This document shows positions 13,601 through 25,168 of a DNA stretch of 64,000 nt, one piece after another (position 1 is the first letter of the stretch; the number at the start of each line of letters is the position of its first letter). This DNA comes from Veleropilina oligotropha (lineage: Eukaryota). Where the stretch lies: the NCBI GenBank assembly GCA_048128005.1, contig JBEUKZ010000123.1, forward strand, positions 124,001-188,000, in the 5' to 3' direction. The notes under the pieces were generated by a model. It was not told where the DNA came from. It worked only from the letters and a program-made list of their open reading frames with translations, and ran no database searches. The translations under genes and the position numbers were made by a program.

Positions 13601-16600
13601 CAGCACCTGAGATTGGGGTGAAGGGAAAATGGAGGAGTGGGTGATTGTGTCTAGTACATATAATAATATATTATTATGCCCCGGGCATATTGCTTTCACT
13701 GCGTCTGTGTGTCCGGATTTGGTTAAAGTTTTTCATTGAGTGTATATGGCTTGCTCAAGGCACTCTTTTACATATATATACTTTGTTATTGGTTGTATGG
13801 ATGCTACCTGATACTCTGGCAGTCGTATTGAATAAATTTTAATATAATTAATGGAAATATAGTGGTCTTTTGGGACATAGAAATTTAGACAAATTTTAGG
13901 TTAAAGTTTTCGATTAAAGTTTTTCATCAAGTGTATATGGCTTGCTCAAGGCACTTTTGGGCATATATATGCTTTGTTATTGGTTGTATGGATGTCACCT
14001 GATACTCGGGCAGTGATATTGAATAAATTTTAATATAATTAATGGAAATATAGTGGTCTTTTGGGACATAGAAATTTCGGCAAATTTTAGGTTAAAGTTT
14101 TCGGTTGAAGTTTTTCATCAATTGTATATGGCTTGTTCAAGGCACTTTTTGGCATATATATGCTTTGTTATTGGTTGTATGGATGTTACCTGATACTCTG
14201 GCAGTGATATTGATTAAATTTTAATATAATTAATGGAAATATGTTTGTCATCAAGTGTATATAATATGGCTTGCTCAAGGCATATTTATGCCCCGGGACG
14301 ATAGTCCCGAAGGGCATATTGCTTTCACTGCGTCTGTGTGTCCGGATTTGGTTAAAGTTTTTCATTGAGTGTATATGGGTTGTGGAAGGCACGTTTTGCA
14401 TGCATATGCAATGGCAATGGTTATATGGATGCCTGCTGATACTCTGACATGGATATTGAATGGAATTTCATATAATTAATGCCTGAAATTGGTGTTCTTT
14501 GGCTTAAGGCTCTTCTTTGCATACATGTGCATTGTTAGTGGTTATATGGATGCCTGCTGATACAATGGCACTGATATTGAATGGAATTTAATATAATTCT
14601 GAAATTAGTGTTCTTGGACATAGAAATTTTGGGTAAAGTTTTGGTTCAAGTTTTTTATTGGGTGCATATGGGTTGCTCAATGCTCTTATTTTCTTAAATA
14701 TGCATTGATAATGGTTATATGGATGTCACCTGATACTCTAACACTGATATTGAATGGAATTTATAATAAATAATGCCTGAAATTGGTGTTTGTGGACATA
14801 TAAATTTTGGTTAAAGTTTTTCAATGGTCGCATATGTTTTGCTTGAGACTCTTCTTTGCATACAAGTGTGGCATCCAGTGCCTTCATCCAGGGGCATATT
14901 CATGTTCCGGGGAACGTATTTCTAGTATAGGTATTTTTATTCGTTTTTATCCCCCGCCCGAAGGGTAGCGGGGGATATTGTTGTTGCCATGTCCGTCCGG
15001 GCGTCCGTCCGGCTGGGCATCCGCCCGTCGGTAAACAATTTGGTTGAAGTTTTGAATAGAGTGTATATTATATAGCTTGCCCATGATACTTTTTGGCATA
15101 TATATGCTTTTGTAGGCGTTATATGGATGACACCTGGTACTCTGGAAGTGAGATTGAATAAAATTTAATATAATTATTGCATAAATATAGGTGTTTTTGA
15201 ACATAAAAATTTTGGTTAAAATTTTTCATTGAGTGTATATGGGTTATTGAAACAACATTCTGATGTATATGTGCTTTGGTATTGATAATATGAATGTCAA
15301 CTGATACTATGGAAGTGATGCTGAATTAAATTTAATATAATTATTGCATAAAAATAGGTGTTTGTGGACATAGGAATTTTGGTTAAAGTTTTGTTTAAAT
15401 TTTTCAATGAGCATATTGGTTGTTCTAGGCACTGTTTTGCATCCATATACTTTAGTGTTGACTATTTTAATGCTGCTCCCTCATCTGCAAGTGATTTATA
15501 ATATAAATAACATGTGAAATTAGTGTTTGTGGACATATACATTTTTGCTAAAGTTGAGTGAATTTCCGTTCTGTGCCATTATTGCATACATATTATTTGG
15601 TGATGCTTATATTGATACCACCTTTTATTCTAGCAATGACATGAATATTATTTTGTATAAATATTAAAGAAACGATGTGTTGGGACAAAGAAATTTTGGT
15701 TAAAGTTTATATCAGAGTGATTGCGGAAGGTGGGGGATGAATCCGTTTTCTAACGGGCTCTTGTTAATTGATGTGAGCGACTATGCTCTACGTTGAGCCC
15801 GGCACATTACCGGAAGCAGAAGAAGTATGTGCAGTTTTGAAAATTGAAAAGAAAGTGTTAATATTGATTAAAGTGTAACAGCAGAATACATTGTGTAAAT
15901 AAAGCACACAATTTTGCTTGATGACATTTCTGGAATCAAAAGCATCTTTTCATCTGCTATGCATGTATTAGTAAAATTCTGACGGAAAAGTTTTCAAACT
16001 TCCTTTGTCAGGATACACATGCTTTCGACATCCGTCAACTTCGTCACTCTGAACATCTGCTTCACAATGAAACTGGCTTAAAATCACTGTTCTCTTAGAT
16101 GGCTCCCACCATCACCTTCGGACAACCACCTGCCGTATAGCCAGGGTGTTTTGTGCTGCATTAACACTTAAAATGAACGCTCGAACAAACTCTTATTGTT
16201 TATACTGATATAACAAAGAAGCGTACTCAAGATGAGAGGAAATGGGGAGGGGGTCTTCTACCAAATATACAACATGCCTTTGATGCTGGCAGATTCAACG
16301 CAACCCCGAAAATTTTGATTTCTCATCGTGTAACATGTGACTAGTCTGATCATACCTACATATGAGAAACCAAGTTAAAAGTCAACATGTTTCTTTTGGA
16401 AATCTTATTACATAGTCAAGACTGTTAGCTTTGCCTCGTACCTGTAAATATAAATTGCTTCAAACTTCAAAATATATGTAATAATATAATTTAATATATG
16501 TCCAATAGAGTTTAGAAGTAATCAGTTTGCTTTTATTTTTGTTGTAGGTAAAAAGGGTTGAGCTAACAAAATTCACAGGTAACCATTCTCGATTGAAATC

Positions 16601-17526
16601 AACTAAATATTGTGTAGATGAGAAGAAGATAAAACGGAAATTCAAAGAAAAGTGGCGAATCCATGACTGCAAAACCTGTATATGCAATGTAAGTAAAATT
16701 ATTACAACAAATATTGAATCTATGTACAGAATTTCAAGCTTTGTACTGGATAAACAGTGCCTTCTAATTGTATCCCCCGAAGCAAAAGTGTCGGGGGATA
16801 CTATGGTTTAGCCTCAGTTACGCCGCTGCCGCGTCCACCGATAGATTCCTCGTGATCGCTCTAGACAGGCTATTTCTTAACGGAATGCTTTCAAATTTGG
16901 TATGTGCATTGGTTGTGGCGAGGACACGACACCTATAGAATTTGGGTGTGGTCTGACCTCCAAGATGGGCGCCGCCGAGAGATTCTTCCTGATCGCTCTA
17001 GACAGGCCATTTCTTAACGGAATGTTTTAATATTTGGTGTGTGCATTGGTTTGGGTGAGGACACGACACCTAGAGATTTTGGGTGTGGTCCGACCTCCAA
17101 GATGGCCGCTGTGGCCTCCATCTTGGATTTTAAAGCATAATTCCTTGTGATCGCTCTAGACAGGTTATTGCCGGGGGATACATATGCGATCACTCGTAAC
17201 TGAGCGTTCTAGTTCCTTATTGCCATATACATTCATAAATTTATTTGACGCAGTCGAATATTTTTTAACAGAATCAGGGTCTTGGACGAATTAATTACAT
17301 GTTCTTCCCAATTTTTTCAGATTTAGTTAGATCAACCTATCATTTATTATGCAAAATTTTATTGTCATGGCTGTTCAACACATTTCGTCCATCCATCCTG
17401 TTTTTTATAAAAATACATCTTGTTCTCTTCCAGAACGGCCAGATAGAGTGCGAGAACCAAATGTGCCCATTTCCCGCCTGTGCTCATCCACGAAAAATAC
17501 CGGGACAGTGCTGCTCGGAGTGTTAA
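1536..17526 (+). CDS. PXDN: Peroxidasin, 5'-partial gene, 14 coding exons in window: join(1536-1653,2062-2231,2622-2891,3082-3198,3508-3669,4217-4483,7153-7419,8045-8278,8980-10272,11817-11934,12415-12623,13284-13540,16548-16688,17434-17526)
   Basis: All introns are GT-AG with compatible phases; 3716 nt = 2 nt + 1238 codons including TAA. The domain order (4 Ig, animal haem peroxidase, RSRR furin site, coiled coil, VWC) is diagnostic of peroxidasin. Confidence 0.96.
2062..2231 (+). CDS. PXDN: Peroxidasin exon, second half of Ig1
   Basis: tttcag|C...CCAG|gtattt; encodes [42 protein letters not shown]...YFGDP. Confidence 0.95.
2622..2891 (+). CDS. PXDN: Peroxidasin exon, Ig2
   Basis: ccag|TC...CAAG|gtatgc; encodes [11 protein letters not shown]...[15 protein letters not shown]...[13 protein letters not shown]. 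Confidence 0.95.
3082..3198 (+). CDS. PXDN: Peroxidasin exon, first half of Ig3
   Basis: tttcag|TT...GACG|gtgaat; encodes [38 protein letters not shown]. Confidence 0.93.
3508..3669 (+). CDS. PXDN: Peroxidasin exon, second half of Ig3
   Basis: ttgtag|GC...AAGA|gtaagc; encodes [11 protein letters not shown]...[14 protein letters not shown]. Confidence 0.94.
3725..3951. mobile_element. Tc1/mariner (pogo-like) MITE
   Basis: Imperfect TIRs CCGTCAATCTTCTAATAAGC and (reverse complement) CCATAAAGCTTCTAATAGGC, flanked by TA on both sides. Confidence 0.65.
4217..4483 (+). CDS. PXDN: Peroxidasin exon, Ig4
   Basis: tttcag|TA...TTGG|gtacgt; encodes [13 protein letters not shown]...[11 protein letters not shown]...[14 protein letters not shown]. 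Confidence 0.94.
4925..5966 (+). mobile_element. SINE inserted in the HINE and split by a piggyBac
   Basis: Degenerate A box (TGGCCCAACTAGTTAGGGCG) and B box (GGGTTGAAGCCC), with a 3' CGATAAGGCTGAAATATTGTCAAAAAAGTGG tail. Flanked by a probable 13-bp target duplication, CCGACCTCCAAGA (4912-4924) and CCGACCTCAAAGA (5967-5979). Confidence 0.6.
5085..5906 (-). mobile_element. Internally deleted piggyBac transposon
   Basis: TTAA duplication (5081-5084 and 5907-5910) and perfect 14-bp TIRs CCCTTTGAACCCTG. Two subterminal palindromes AGGCCGATATTTCGGCCT. The minus-strand ORF 5426-5677 is D/E/S-rich like piggyBac transposase N-termini. Confidence 0.88.
7153..7419 (+). CDS. PXDN: Peroxidasin exon, linker/propeptide-like region
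   Basis: acag|TG...CATG|gtaagg; encodes [23 protein letters not shown]...DLLQIFRYP...[11 protein letters not shown], typical of peroxidasins. Confidence 0.94.
7515..7706 (-). mobile_element. Degenerate SINE, same family as 23099-23399
   Basis: Minus-strand B box GTTCGAACC. Shares blocks with the 23.1-kb copy: TCACTGGyTTsATTCCGCT, CAGTTrTCCG...GAGGGCG and GCGATAAyAyGGACATGTCCTGC. Boundaries approximate. Confidence 0.6.
8045..8278 (+). CDS. PXDN: Peroxidasin exon, start of peroxidase domain
   Basis: gcag|AA...GTTG|gtaata; encodes IANMSGC...[28 protein letters not shown]...FRRLL...YENGFNTP. Confidence 0.95.
8409..8670 (+). mobile_element. Highly degenerate SINE-like remnant
   Basis: GGATTCGAG B-box-like motif, plus GTCCGTAACTGGTCGGGAG...GGGTTTTCCTTCC resembling the core of the 23.1-kb SINE. 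Confidence 0.35.
8980..10272 (+). CDS. PXDN: Peroxidasin exon, catalytic core of haem peroxidase domain
   Basis: Contains QWGQFLDHD (distal Gln, ester Asp, distal His), [12 protein letters not shown] (Ca-binding loop), RANE (distal Arg, ester Glu), FRFGH (proximal His) and NIQRGRDHG. Splice sites ccag|GT and GTGA|gtaagt. Confidence 0.97.
10439..11648. mobile_element. Non-autonomous TIR DNA transposon with 6-bp target duplication
   Basis: Perfect 13-bp TIR CATACATGTGATA (10439-10451 and 11636-11648), with TTTCAG directly outside both ends. Repeated TCGGGAG-like subterminal motifs; no transposase ORF. Confidence 0.8.
11817..11934 (+). CDS. PXDN: Peroxidasin exon, peroxidase domain
   Basis: tttcag|AT...ACAG|gtaggt; encodes [39 protein letters not shown]. 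Not in the ORF track. Confidence 0.95.
12415..12623 (+). CDS. PXDN: Peroxidasin exon, end of peroxidase domain
   Basis: taag|A...GAAG|gtattg; encodes [29 protein letters not shown]...[11 protein letters not shown]. Confidence 0.94.
13284..13540 (+). CDS. PXDN: Peroxidasin exon, furin site and coiled coil
   Basis: gtag|AT...AAAG|gtgcat; encodes [19 protein letters not shown]...[32 protein letters not shown]. Confidence 0.87.
13671..14926 (+). mobile_element. Helentron-type non-autonomous element (HINE, family 2) with two heads and ~190-bp internal repeats
   Basis: Heads TATGCCCCGGG... at 13675 (hairpin deleted) and 14287 (GGGACGATAGTCCC hairpin intact), followed by a GTCTGTGTGTCC microsatellite. 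The 3' end has GGGGCATA, hairpin GTTCCGGGGAAC and CTAGT. Confidence 0.75.
14944..15765 (+). mobile_element. Helentron-type non-autonomous element (HINE, family 3)
   Basis: 5' TTTTTATCCCCCGC...GCGGGGGATA inverted repeat, (GTCC)n-like tract and diverged internal repeats. The 3' end has GGGGGAT, hairpin CCGTTTTCTAACGG and CTTGTT. Confidence 0.75.
16548..16688 (+). CDS. PXDN: Peroxidasin exon, start of VWC domain
   Basis: ttgtag|GTA...AAT|gtaagt, phase 0/0; encodes VKRVELTK...[27 protein letters not shown]. Confidence 0.88.
16768..17214 (+). mobile_element. Helentron-type non-autonomous element (HINE, family 1), intact short copy
   Basis: TTGTATCCCCCGA...TCGGGGGATAC head, about two internal repeats, and a CCGGGGGATACA + hairpin + CTAGTT tail. 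Confidence 0.85.
17434..17526 (+). CDS. PXDN: Peroxidasin last coding exon, end of VWC domain
   Basis: ccag|AAC; encodes [30 protein letters not shown] followed by TAA. Confidence 0.93.
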   Translation, partial: NGQIECENQMCPFPACAHPRKIPGQCCSEC

Positions 17527-17923
17527 CGCCTTCTGGGCTGGACCTAGAGAACTCTAACGTCAGGGCTTGTATATAGTCGCTGCCAAACAAAGCCACTTCT
17601 CAGATCTATCCAGGCAGCGAGGGTGTTGGCTAGATTAGTCATGCGATTGTGCTGGTGTTTCAAGATCACTTTCATATGATGGTAACGGAAGACGCTCTAG
17701 ATGTCATATTGTAAACATCGATTTGTTTCTGTGCAGTGTTAACTTGTGATACGTCATCAAGTGTTTGAGATTAGACTATCCGACCAGTCTGCAACATCCG
17801 TCTTTCATTTTTGACGTCACCGTTTTTCTTTGTGCGAATTTCGTAGGCGATAATGTACATTTTTTAAGCAGGCATATTTTTAATTGATCATGGCCATTTT
17901 TTAGTCATGAACATGCATATTTT

Positions 17924-17929
17924 AATAAA
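17924..17929 (+). terminator. Candidate polyadenylation signal for peroxidasin
   Basis: AATAAA about 400 nt after the stop codon in AT-rich, UTR-like sequence. More distal sites are equally possible. Confidence 0.3.
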
Positions 17930-20574
17930 AGTAAAAATATAATTATTATTGTGGAACAAGGTATATTTGCAAACACTTTTTAAATTAATGATATAGCCAC
18001 ACAGAGTTTACATTTTTATAGACATTTACAAAGACGTAGTCTTTTGATTATAATGAGTATATAATTTATATATTTGTATATTGTGTATGCGATTTGTATG
18101 CATTTTCCATCCTTGTGCTTGTAGAATGGCTTCATCTCGCAATGTGTTGTTTCTTGTTTCGGTTGGTAGATTTTCTTCAGTGCCCACCATATATTGTGTG
18201 TGTTTGATTATGTTATATATATTTGCTCAGTGACATTGGTGATAAAACAGCTTGCTTGCATGCGTTTTCTTAAATATGTAAGAGACTAAATGGCTGCAAT
18301 GACATTAGACATTTATAATTACAATGTTCGTTGATATAATTATAGTTAGATATATTAAGTGAAATAGATGTTAAAACATATAATATACTGGCTTTTACCA
18401 TACTGGCTTTTACCATGACATGTACGTCAGAGTTTAACAATAATAATCAAGATTCTGGTGCCAGATTGTGTGTGCAAGTTTTCAAACTGCTTTCAGAGCA
18501 GTTAGTGCATTTAGGATACTCAATTCAATGTGAATTGCTGTTCATACCAGTTGTCTGTCTATGCAAATCCTGGAACTAAGATATGTGTAATTGATGCTTA
18601 AATTGTATCCTGCATGAACGCATGTATTTATGATCTATGTTATTTATAGACATGCCGACTAAACATTGTGTCACCTCATTTCATCTGTAAGGCAGTGGCG
18701 GTCATGCTAAACCTTGTTTCGTTATTTACTGCAGTAGCGAAATATAATGCATAACAATGCCACGGAAGCACGTTTACAATGGACCGGCATCGTATACATA
18801 ATATATAAGGAAATTCAAAGCTGCCAAGGTGGGTAGATCCAGACTGATGCCCCAGAAAGCACTGCTGCGATCGATATATGTCATAATGTATATGAAAGTC
18901 AGTGACAACAGTAAATTATTGCTGTTGCGAAGTCGTTGTTTGTTTTAGTTGAAATATCATGAATATTAATGCATGACAAACGTAAAATTCTTTGTGTTAT
19001 TCACACTTTTTTACCTGCTGTAATTGCTGCCCAAGTACTCAATGGTGCTTTTTGTTATATATTACGAAATCCATTACTATTGTTTTATATGAAACTATCA
19101 TTTATCTCTTATGTTACCATATTATGATGTGACTTTAATACTGTATTTATATGTGTGCTCTTTTCAATGTAAGAATTCATTTAAAGTACTGTATGCAGAT
19201 TTTATTTTAGCTTGCAAGTATGATTTTAGATATATATAAAAGATATTTTAGTTAATATAATATCTAAGTCAGTGGTGTGCCTACAATAATGCCAATGTTT
19301 ATCCTAAATTCCTAAAACTAAAATTAATGTTAAATTTACATTGTTCTCAAGTTTTTTTATCTGATGGAAATTGAAATTCAATCCCATTTAAATGGAGATT
19401 TCAAGAAAAGACAATTTTTATATCTATTATATATCGTTCCTTTTAAATTGTCGATAACTTGTAATTGCGGTCTTTGTTTTGGAAGTGCTATGTTTCAAAT
19501 ATGTGCCAAAACAGCTTATGTATTTGCATTTTAATACATAAACTACTATTTCATGAAAATAAAAGAGATCATTAATACTATTTATTGATATCGAGAGGAG
19601 ATCTATGTTTACAATTTGACCTGTTGTTTCCGTTAAAAATATGTGCATAATATCCTCATATACACACGAGACGCATATACCTCAATATGTCCCATAAAGC
19701 ATTAAATTGACCAAGTAATATATATAAATTCTACATGTCAATTTAATAAGTTTATTGGTAACTTAATGATAATTATAATTATTGTTAATTTAATAATAAT
19801 TATTTACAGTATATGTTGTGTAGTGCAATGTTTTAATTGGGAATGTCCTATGGGTATAAATTTCCTCGCATTGTTCATGGGAGTCGTGAGTTCCCGTGAG
19901 GGAGGTATGTCGCCAAAGAGAAATTTCTCTACGCAACTGTATTTAGCATCAACAGTAAGAAGACATGGATATGCGTGTATATACGTTGCCTGCATATGGA
20001 TGGAGATGCAGGCCTACCGACGAAGTCTCTTTATGTTGCCCACAGTGAATCAGTTAATTGTGTACTTTCCTTCTATCGTTTAGTTTGCTCTGGTTTTAGC
20101 ATATTATTGTCTGACTACATGTATATTTTGTTGAATTTGTATTACTGGCATAGTAATGGTGTCTGGATAAAATGCAAGCAATGTATATATAGCTGTATGA
20201 TAGGTTATGGATGTCAAATATGTTGTATTGGGATCTGCAGGTGTCATACAGAAGCATACCCACCACAAAGTTAGTACATGACGTACCATGCAGTGTCAGC
20301 ACTTCAATGCAAGATTTCACAATGTTTAGGAAATATTGGTAGTAGTAGTTCATTGTTCAGGTTGTATGCAGTAATATAAGCAAACTAATCACAGCGATGT
20401 TTCTTCAGAATATATATCTGATGTTTCTGTTTTAGGTGTGGCAAATTTTGTTGATTCTTGGCAATACATATTAAGGTGGTATCCAGCATAAAGGATGGCT
20501 ACGGTCATAGCACTAGTACTGTAGCCATTAAATCACTCCGCCGACTGCGCTGATTTGACGCATGAGCCACGGCC

Positions 20575-20765
20575 CATCATCTTCATGTATCGGACTCTTG
20601 CAGAGCATTATGGACAACGACATGATCTGACTCGGTCTCTTGCTGCTGTTCGTGCCTGGGCCATTCACATGCTCAACTAGTTCTTAATGTTGTTGCACCA
20701 TGTTGTCTTCCTCTGGACCTGCGATCCTTCACTGACCCCTCCAGCAGTAACTCATCTTTTCTAGA
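20575..20765 (-). mobile_element. 3' remnant of an RTE-clade LINE
   Basis: Minus-strand translation across a frameshift and stops gives LLLEGSVKDRRSRGR / TWCNNIKN*LSM*MAQARTAARDR. This matches the RTE C-terminal pattern (EG..G.R.RGR...W...IK....A.DR), and a TGAAGATGATG tail follows. Confidence 0.55.
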
Positions 20766-21012
20766 CTGTAGACTGACATAGAGGTACATGAGCTTTATAT
20801 ATTTGATTATGTGACATCACCAAATGATGGCGTTTGATTAAAGCAAAATTTAAAAACGAGTTTATATTTTAAACGACGAGCGTATTTTGAAAATAACGAA
20901 ATGGAAGATACAGCGTATTTTGAAAATAACAAAATGGAAGACATCAACACACTGGATGAATAAAGTTCGCTTTTAATGTTATCGGAGATGCTTTAATGCT
21001 CTAATGAGGCAA

Positions 21013-21603
21013 TTATAATGCCCCCACAAGCGAATCCAAAATTCCCTTCCGCTCCATATTTCCCATACTATTTGACAGAGGGACATTAAACTTGATGTGT
21101 GTGTGCGTCATAACCCAAAGGTGTCGCGCACCGAAAGTAGATCACTGCGACCTAATATTTGGACTTGACCGCATTTGATCCAAAATTTCCTTCCGCTACA
21201 TATCTTCCATACTATTTGACAGAGGGACACAAAATTTAATGGGTGTCTGCATCATAACCCAAAAGTGTGTCGAATACCAAAATTAGGTCACCGTGACCTA
21301 CTTTTCACGCTTGACCACATTTGGTCGGAAATTCCCTTCCGCCCCATATCTCCCATACTATTTGACCGATGGCCACAAAACCTGATTTGTGTATGCATCA
21401 AAACTGAAAGGTATATCGCGTACCGAAAGTAGGTCACTGCGACCTACTTTTCACACTTGACCACATTCAGTCTAAAATTCCCTTCCGCTCCTTATCTCCC
21501 ATATTATTTGACTGAGGGACATAAACATGTGTGTATGCAACAGCCTGTTTCTGGGTCAAACGCTTTCGTGGGGGCATGTGATCACTCCTGTGATAGCTCT
21601 AGT
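21013..21603 (+). mobile_element. Helentron-type non-autonomous element (HINE, family 4) with ~146-bp tandem repeats
   Basis: Subterminal inverted repeats ATGCCCCCAC / GTGGGGGCAT. About 3.5 copies of a repeat anchored on AAATTCCCTTCCGC (near 21038, 21183, 21329, 21475). 3' hairpin ATCACTCCTGTGAT followed by CTAGT. Confidence 0.8.
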
Positions 21604-23098
21604 GGTTTCTACTGTTAGGTAACACGCGATTTAATGTGAAAAAGTGCACTTGGTATCCCTCTCATATATTATACATCATCAGTGGGTGATAGCAATTCGA
21701 TGTTTGACATCGATTTTGTGCATATTTATGGTTTGCGTCAATGCACACATCTTCCGTATACGTAGACATCAGGTTCTGTATGCATAGCCACTTCAGATAT
21801 AATTGCATAGAATCATTCCTGAATAGGTCTGATAGCCTAGGAACTTGCCCACTTCAGGAAAACCATGTTTGTGTCAGGAAGTCTGGAGATGTTCATTTCT
21901 CTTGTGAATTTGCTTTTTAACTTGCAAAACAGTTCATCACATTTTGCTATGAATATGTCATGTACATTAGCTAAAAATAATGTTTGAAACCATAATTATT
22001 ACGACCATGATTTTGCTTATGCTGTTTATCACATCTTACATTACCATGAAGCGTAGCTGTGTTGTTGAACCTTTAGCATGTATAATTATCTTTCCTTGTT
22101 GATATGCCATATTAACTCGCAGGGTTATGTGCTAACCTCAACTAGGCTGTTTAGATGATATATTTTTGTCTTATTAATATCTACAAGATACTTTAATTTT
22201 ACAATATTTTCAAATATTCCTGCTGCATGTACACCGACAACGAGGGCAAAGGGTGTTCAAATATATTTAGAACCTGCATTTTGCCAGTGTAGAAACATTA
22301 TTAAATCGGATGGTTCTAATTGTTTTTGCTGTAGGTGATTTACTAAAATTATATCCTGCTCGTGCATGTGTTCTGGGCAATATTTGTTAGACATCTGTAA
22401 CTATAAATATGCGATGTGTCATCGTTTCTAGCAGAATATATTGATCGTACTATATTCACTTAAACGTTTTGTGCCAATATTTACATAATTATATTACTGT
22501 GAGAGTAACTAGTGACATTATTGTGTTAGTAAACCTTATATTGTCAATATCGTTTACTATAAATTTTGTAATCAACAGACGACTCGTTTCATTCTTTGAT
22601 CCTCTTGCTGAATGTGTTCCCTAACTAATACTACTTTCACACTACAACTCGGAATAATTTCGAATTGGCGTCAACTCAGATTCCGCCCCAGCATAACCCA
22701 TGTTGGTGTGTTCACATTTCAAGTAGGTTGACCCTGGTTTCGGGATATAGAGCGCTATTCCGCAGTGTATTGTAGTAATTTACATGTTCTTTTCTTACTC
22801 TTGGGCATATTGCATATACTAGTATACTCCCCTCCGACCAGGTATAGTGGCGTAACCTGAGAATACACATGATAGACAAAGGCTGGTTTCATGGTTTAGA
22901 ACGAATTTAATACATACAGAGCGCCATAATCCATTTAATAAGTTTAATGACCCTATTTATTATAATGACACTTGCATAGCAATCCGAGAGAACGAGAGAA
23001 ATGATGGCATCTCGCGCGCTCTCCTACGCAGAGTGCTTGGACTGGAGAGTGCTTATCTGGACGATTTTGATTCGAGAACGATGTGCTAATCATGCATA

Positions 23099-23399
23099 GG
23101 CCGCTTCGGCAGCGCAGTGGGTAAGCGTGCCCACTCAAAATTCACTGGTTTGATTCCGCTAATGCGAAAAGTGGGTTCAATACCTGGCCGAGGCATTGAC
23201 ATTTGATCAAGTTATGAATCACAGTTGTCCGCGACTGGCCGAAGAGGGCGGGTTTAACCGGGCGACCGGGGTTTCCTCCTGCGATAACACGGACATGTCC
23301 TGCCATGAACCTCGAGTTGATTAACTGCACAGGGTTTTCCGATTAGATAACACAAACCGAGTGATATAACCGACTTAAACCATTGCAAATAATCTAATA
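23099..23399 (+). mobile_element. tRNA-derived SINE
   Basis: A-box-like CGGCAGCGCAGTGGGTAAGCG, B box GGGTTCAATACC and core CCGGGCGACCGGGGTTTCCTCC. A second copy lies at 7515-7706 on the minus strand. Confidence 0.65.
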
Positions 23400-23405
23400 C
23401 ACCCA

Positions 23406-23500
23406 TTTTTAGCTCGACTATTCTAAAATAGTACGAGCTATTGCAGTCACCCTGTCGTCGGCGTCAAACTTCAGGTTAACATTTTGCATGAAGGGTCTTA
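23406..23500 (+). mobile_element. Truncated HINE head
   Basis: TTTTT followed by inverted repeat AGCTCGACTATT-CTAA-AATAGT(A)CGAGCT and a GTCGTCGGCGTC microsatellite. No matching tail was found. Confidence 0.5.
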
Positions 23501-25093
23501 ATTTGATAGTCGAGCATGCTGTCCTTCTGACAGCTCTTGTTAGTGTATGAAAGTAGTCCCCGGTGGTCTCACTGGCAATATGGCCAGTTAGACCATGGGC
23601 CAAGACAATTGAATGACGTCATAAAAATGGTTTAACAACAACCAACATCTTCACCGTATTCTTTGATTAGTCGCTATTCTAGGTTAAATTTATCCCATCT
23701 TCATGAATATGGGTCCAGATAAATATAGATGCATAATCACTTCATGGGATTTCAGATCACCTCCATATTCCACAGTCCTGATATGTCACAAAAGTTTTTA
23801 AAAATGAATGAAATCACCAACTAAATACACATTTAGTGATATTCGCGCTGTTTGAGAGATCAAGGGATCACATTCATTGGCCCAATCACTCATCCGAAAA
23901 TAGTTGCGACTCCAAATACAACTCTAATTGAATCCTACTACTTTGCCAGATTATCACCCGAATCATACTCTCAAGCAACTCTGATAGTAAGGCGTAGTGT
24001 GAACACTTCAACCCGTGATGAAACTGAGTGAAAGCGGCTTAACACTGGCTGTAATGTGTAGTTACGTCTCCTGGCTAAGTAAGAGATAAAACGCTGCCAT
24101 CACAAGCGATATCTAATATGGCGAGAGGTGTTATGAAAATATCGCCAAGGGGTCAGTGTATTATCTGTCCTACAAACCATGAAAATCTATTGTAAATTCC
24201 AAGCTGTAACCCCTTAAAACATGAAATTGCCCACCATAACGCATTCATGAAATGATATGAAGAGTCGACTGTTCCATTAATTGGCACCTTGTAAAATCCT
24301 TTGTCACTGTCCAACAACTAGAGTGAACCCATTGTTTGATTTGTCCACTGGAAAAATGGAGCAACTGGCAATATTTGTCCTATTGTCCAGATATCTCCAT
24401 CATGAACGGCGAGACCGTCGAAGACTCTACATATGATTGGTTGGCAAATTGTGGAAACAAGACTGCGACTTTGATCAACAGTCACATAACAAGAGACGTA
24501 CCTAATTACTGTGATGTAATGATGTGTTTATTTAGTGTAGGCAATTAACTTCACAGGCAATCTTGGATCACCGATGACAGAAGGTCATGCCTCATATAAG
24601 TGCAGGCCTCGCCTACCTACCGTGTGGTTGCAGATGCCTTTAAGAATCACTGAAGTAATCTCCTGTAGCCAGAGTTATTTTTAAGCCATGGTGTGACAGA
24701 GATTGCCGTTTTAAGTACATGTATTAGTTTATAATCCATAATCAGTCTAGGAAGAGTTTCATGTTTTTCTTAACAAATAACTTATGACGTTCAGCCTGCA
24801 TGCATTCTAATGATGCTATGGTTTATGTAAAGTTGATTTTCATAAATGGAAGGTTAATGATTAAATGCATTTTCACAGCAGGTTAATTGTGCTTTGGAAA
24901 CGAACACCATGAAATATATTTACTGGACAAAAAATCTTCCACCTAAACTGATAACACAATCGCAGTCAAATTGAAAAGAGCAAGATCTAACCAGAATGAT
25001 CCACAAAAAATAGATCCTCCACATCACTATAATGGCAGAAAGAGATCATTTTGCAAAAACATCAACAATTAATATTGTATAAACTTCAGAAAT

Positions 25094-25135
25094 TATTGCA
25101 TCCCCGAAATTAAACATTTCGGGGATAGTATGGTT

Positions 25136-25136
<1 letters not shown>
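25094..25136 (+). mobile_element. Orphan HINE head at the left edge of the array
   Basis: ATCCCCGAAAT-TAAAC-ATTTCGGGGAT inverted repeat followed by AGTATGGTTT, similar to the family-1 head at 16768 (GGGGGATACTATGGTTT). Confidence 0.6.

Positions 25137-25168
<32 letters not shown>

Noticed and set aside
22636..24003. Possible Harbinger-like MITE bounded by TTCACACTAC / GTAGTGTGAA
   Set aside because: Only a 10-bp match, with no target duplication or clear termini.
17600..25090. Short ORFs between peroxidasin and the array as a second gene
   Set aside because: They are low-complexity AT-rich translations or TE-derived, with no consistent splice chain or domain.
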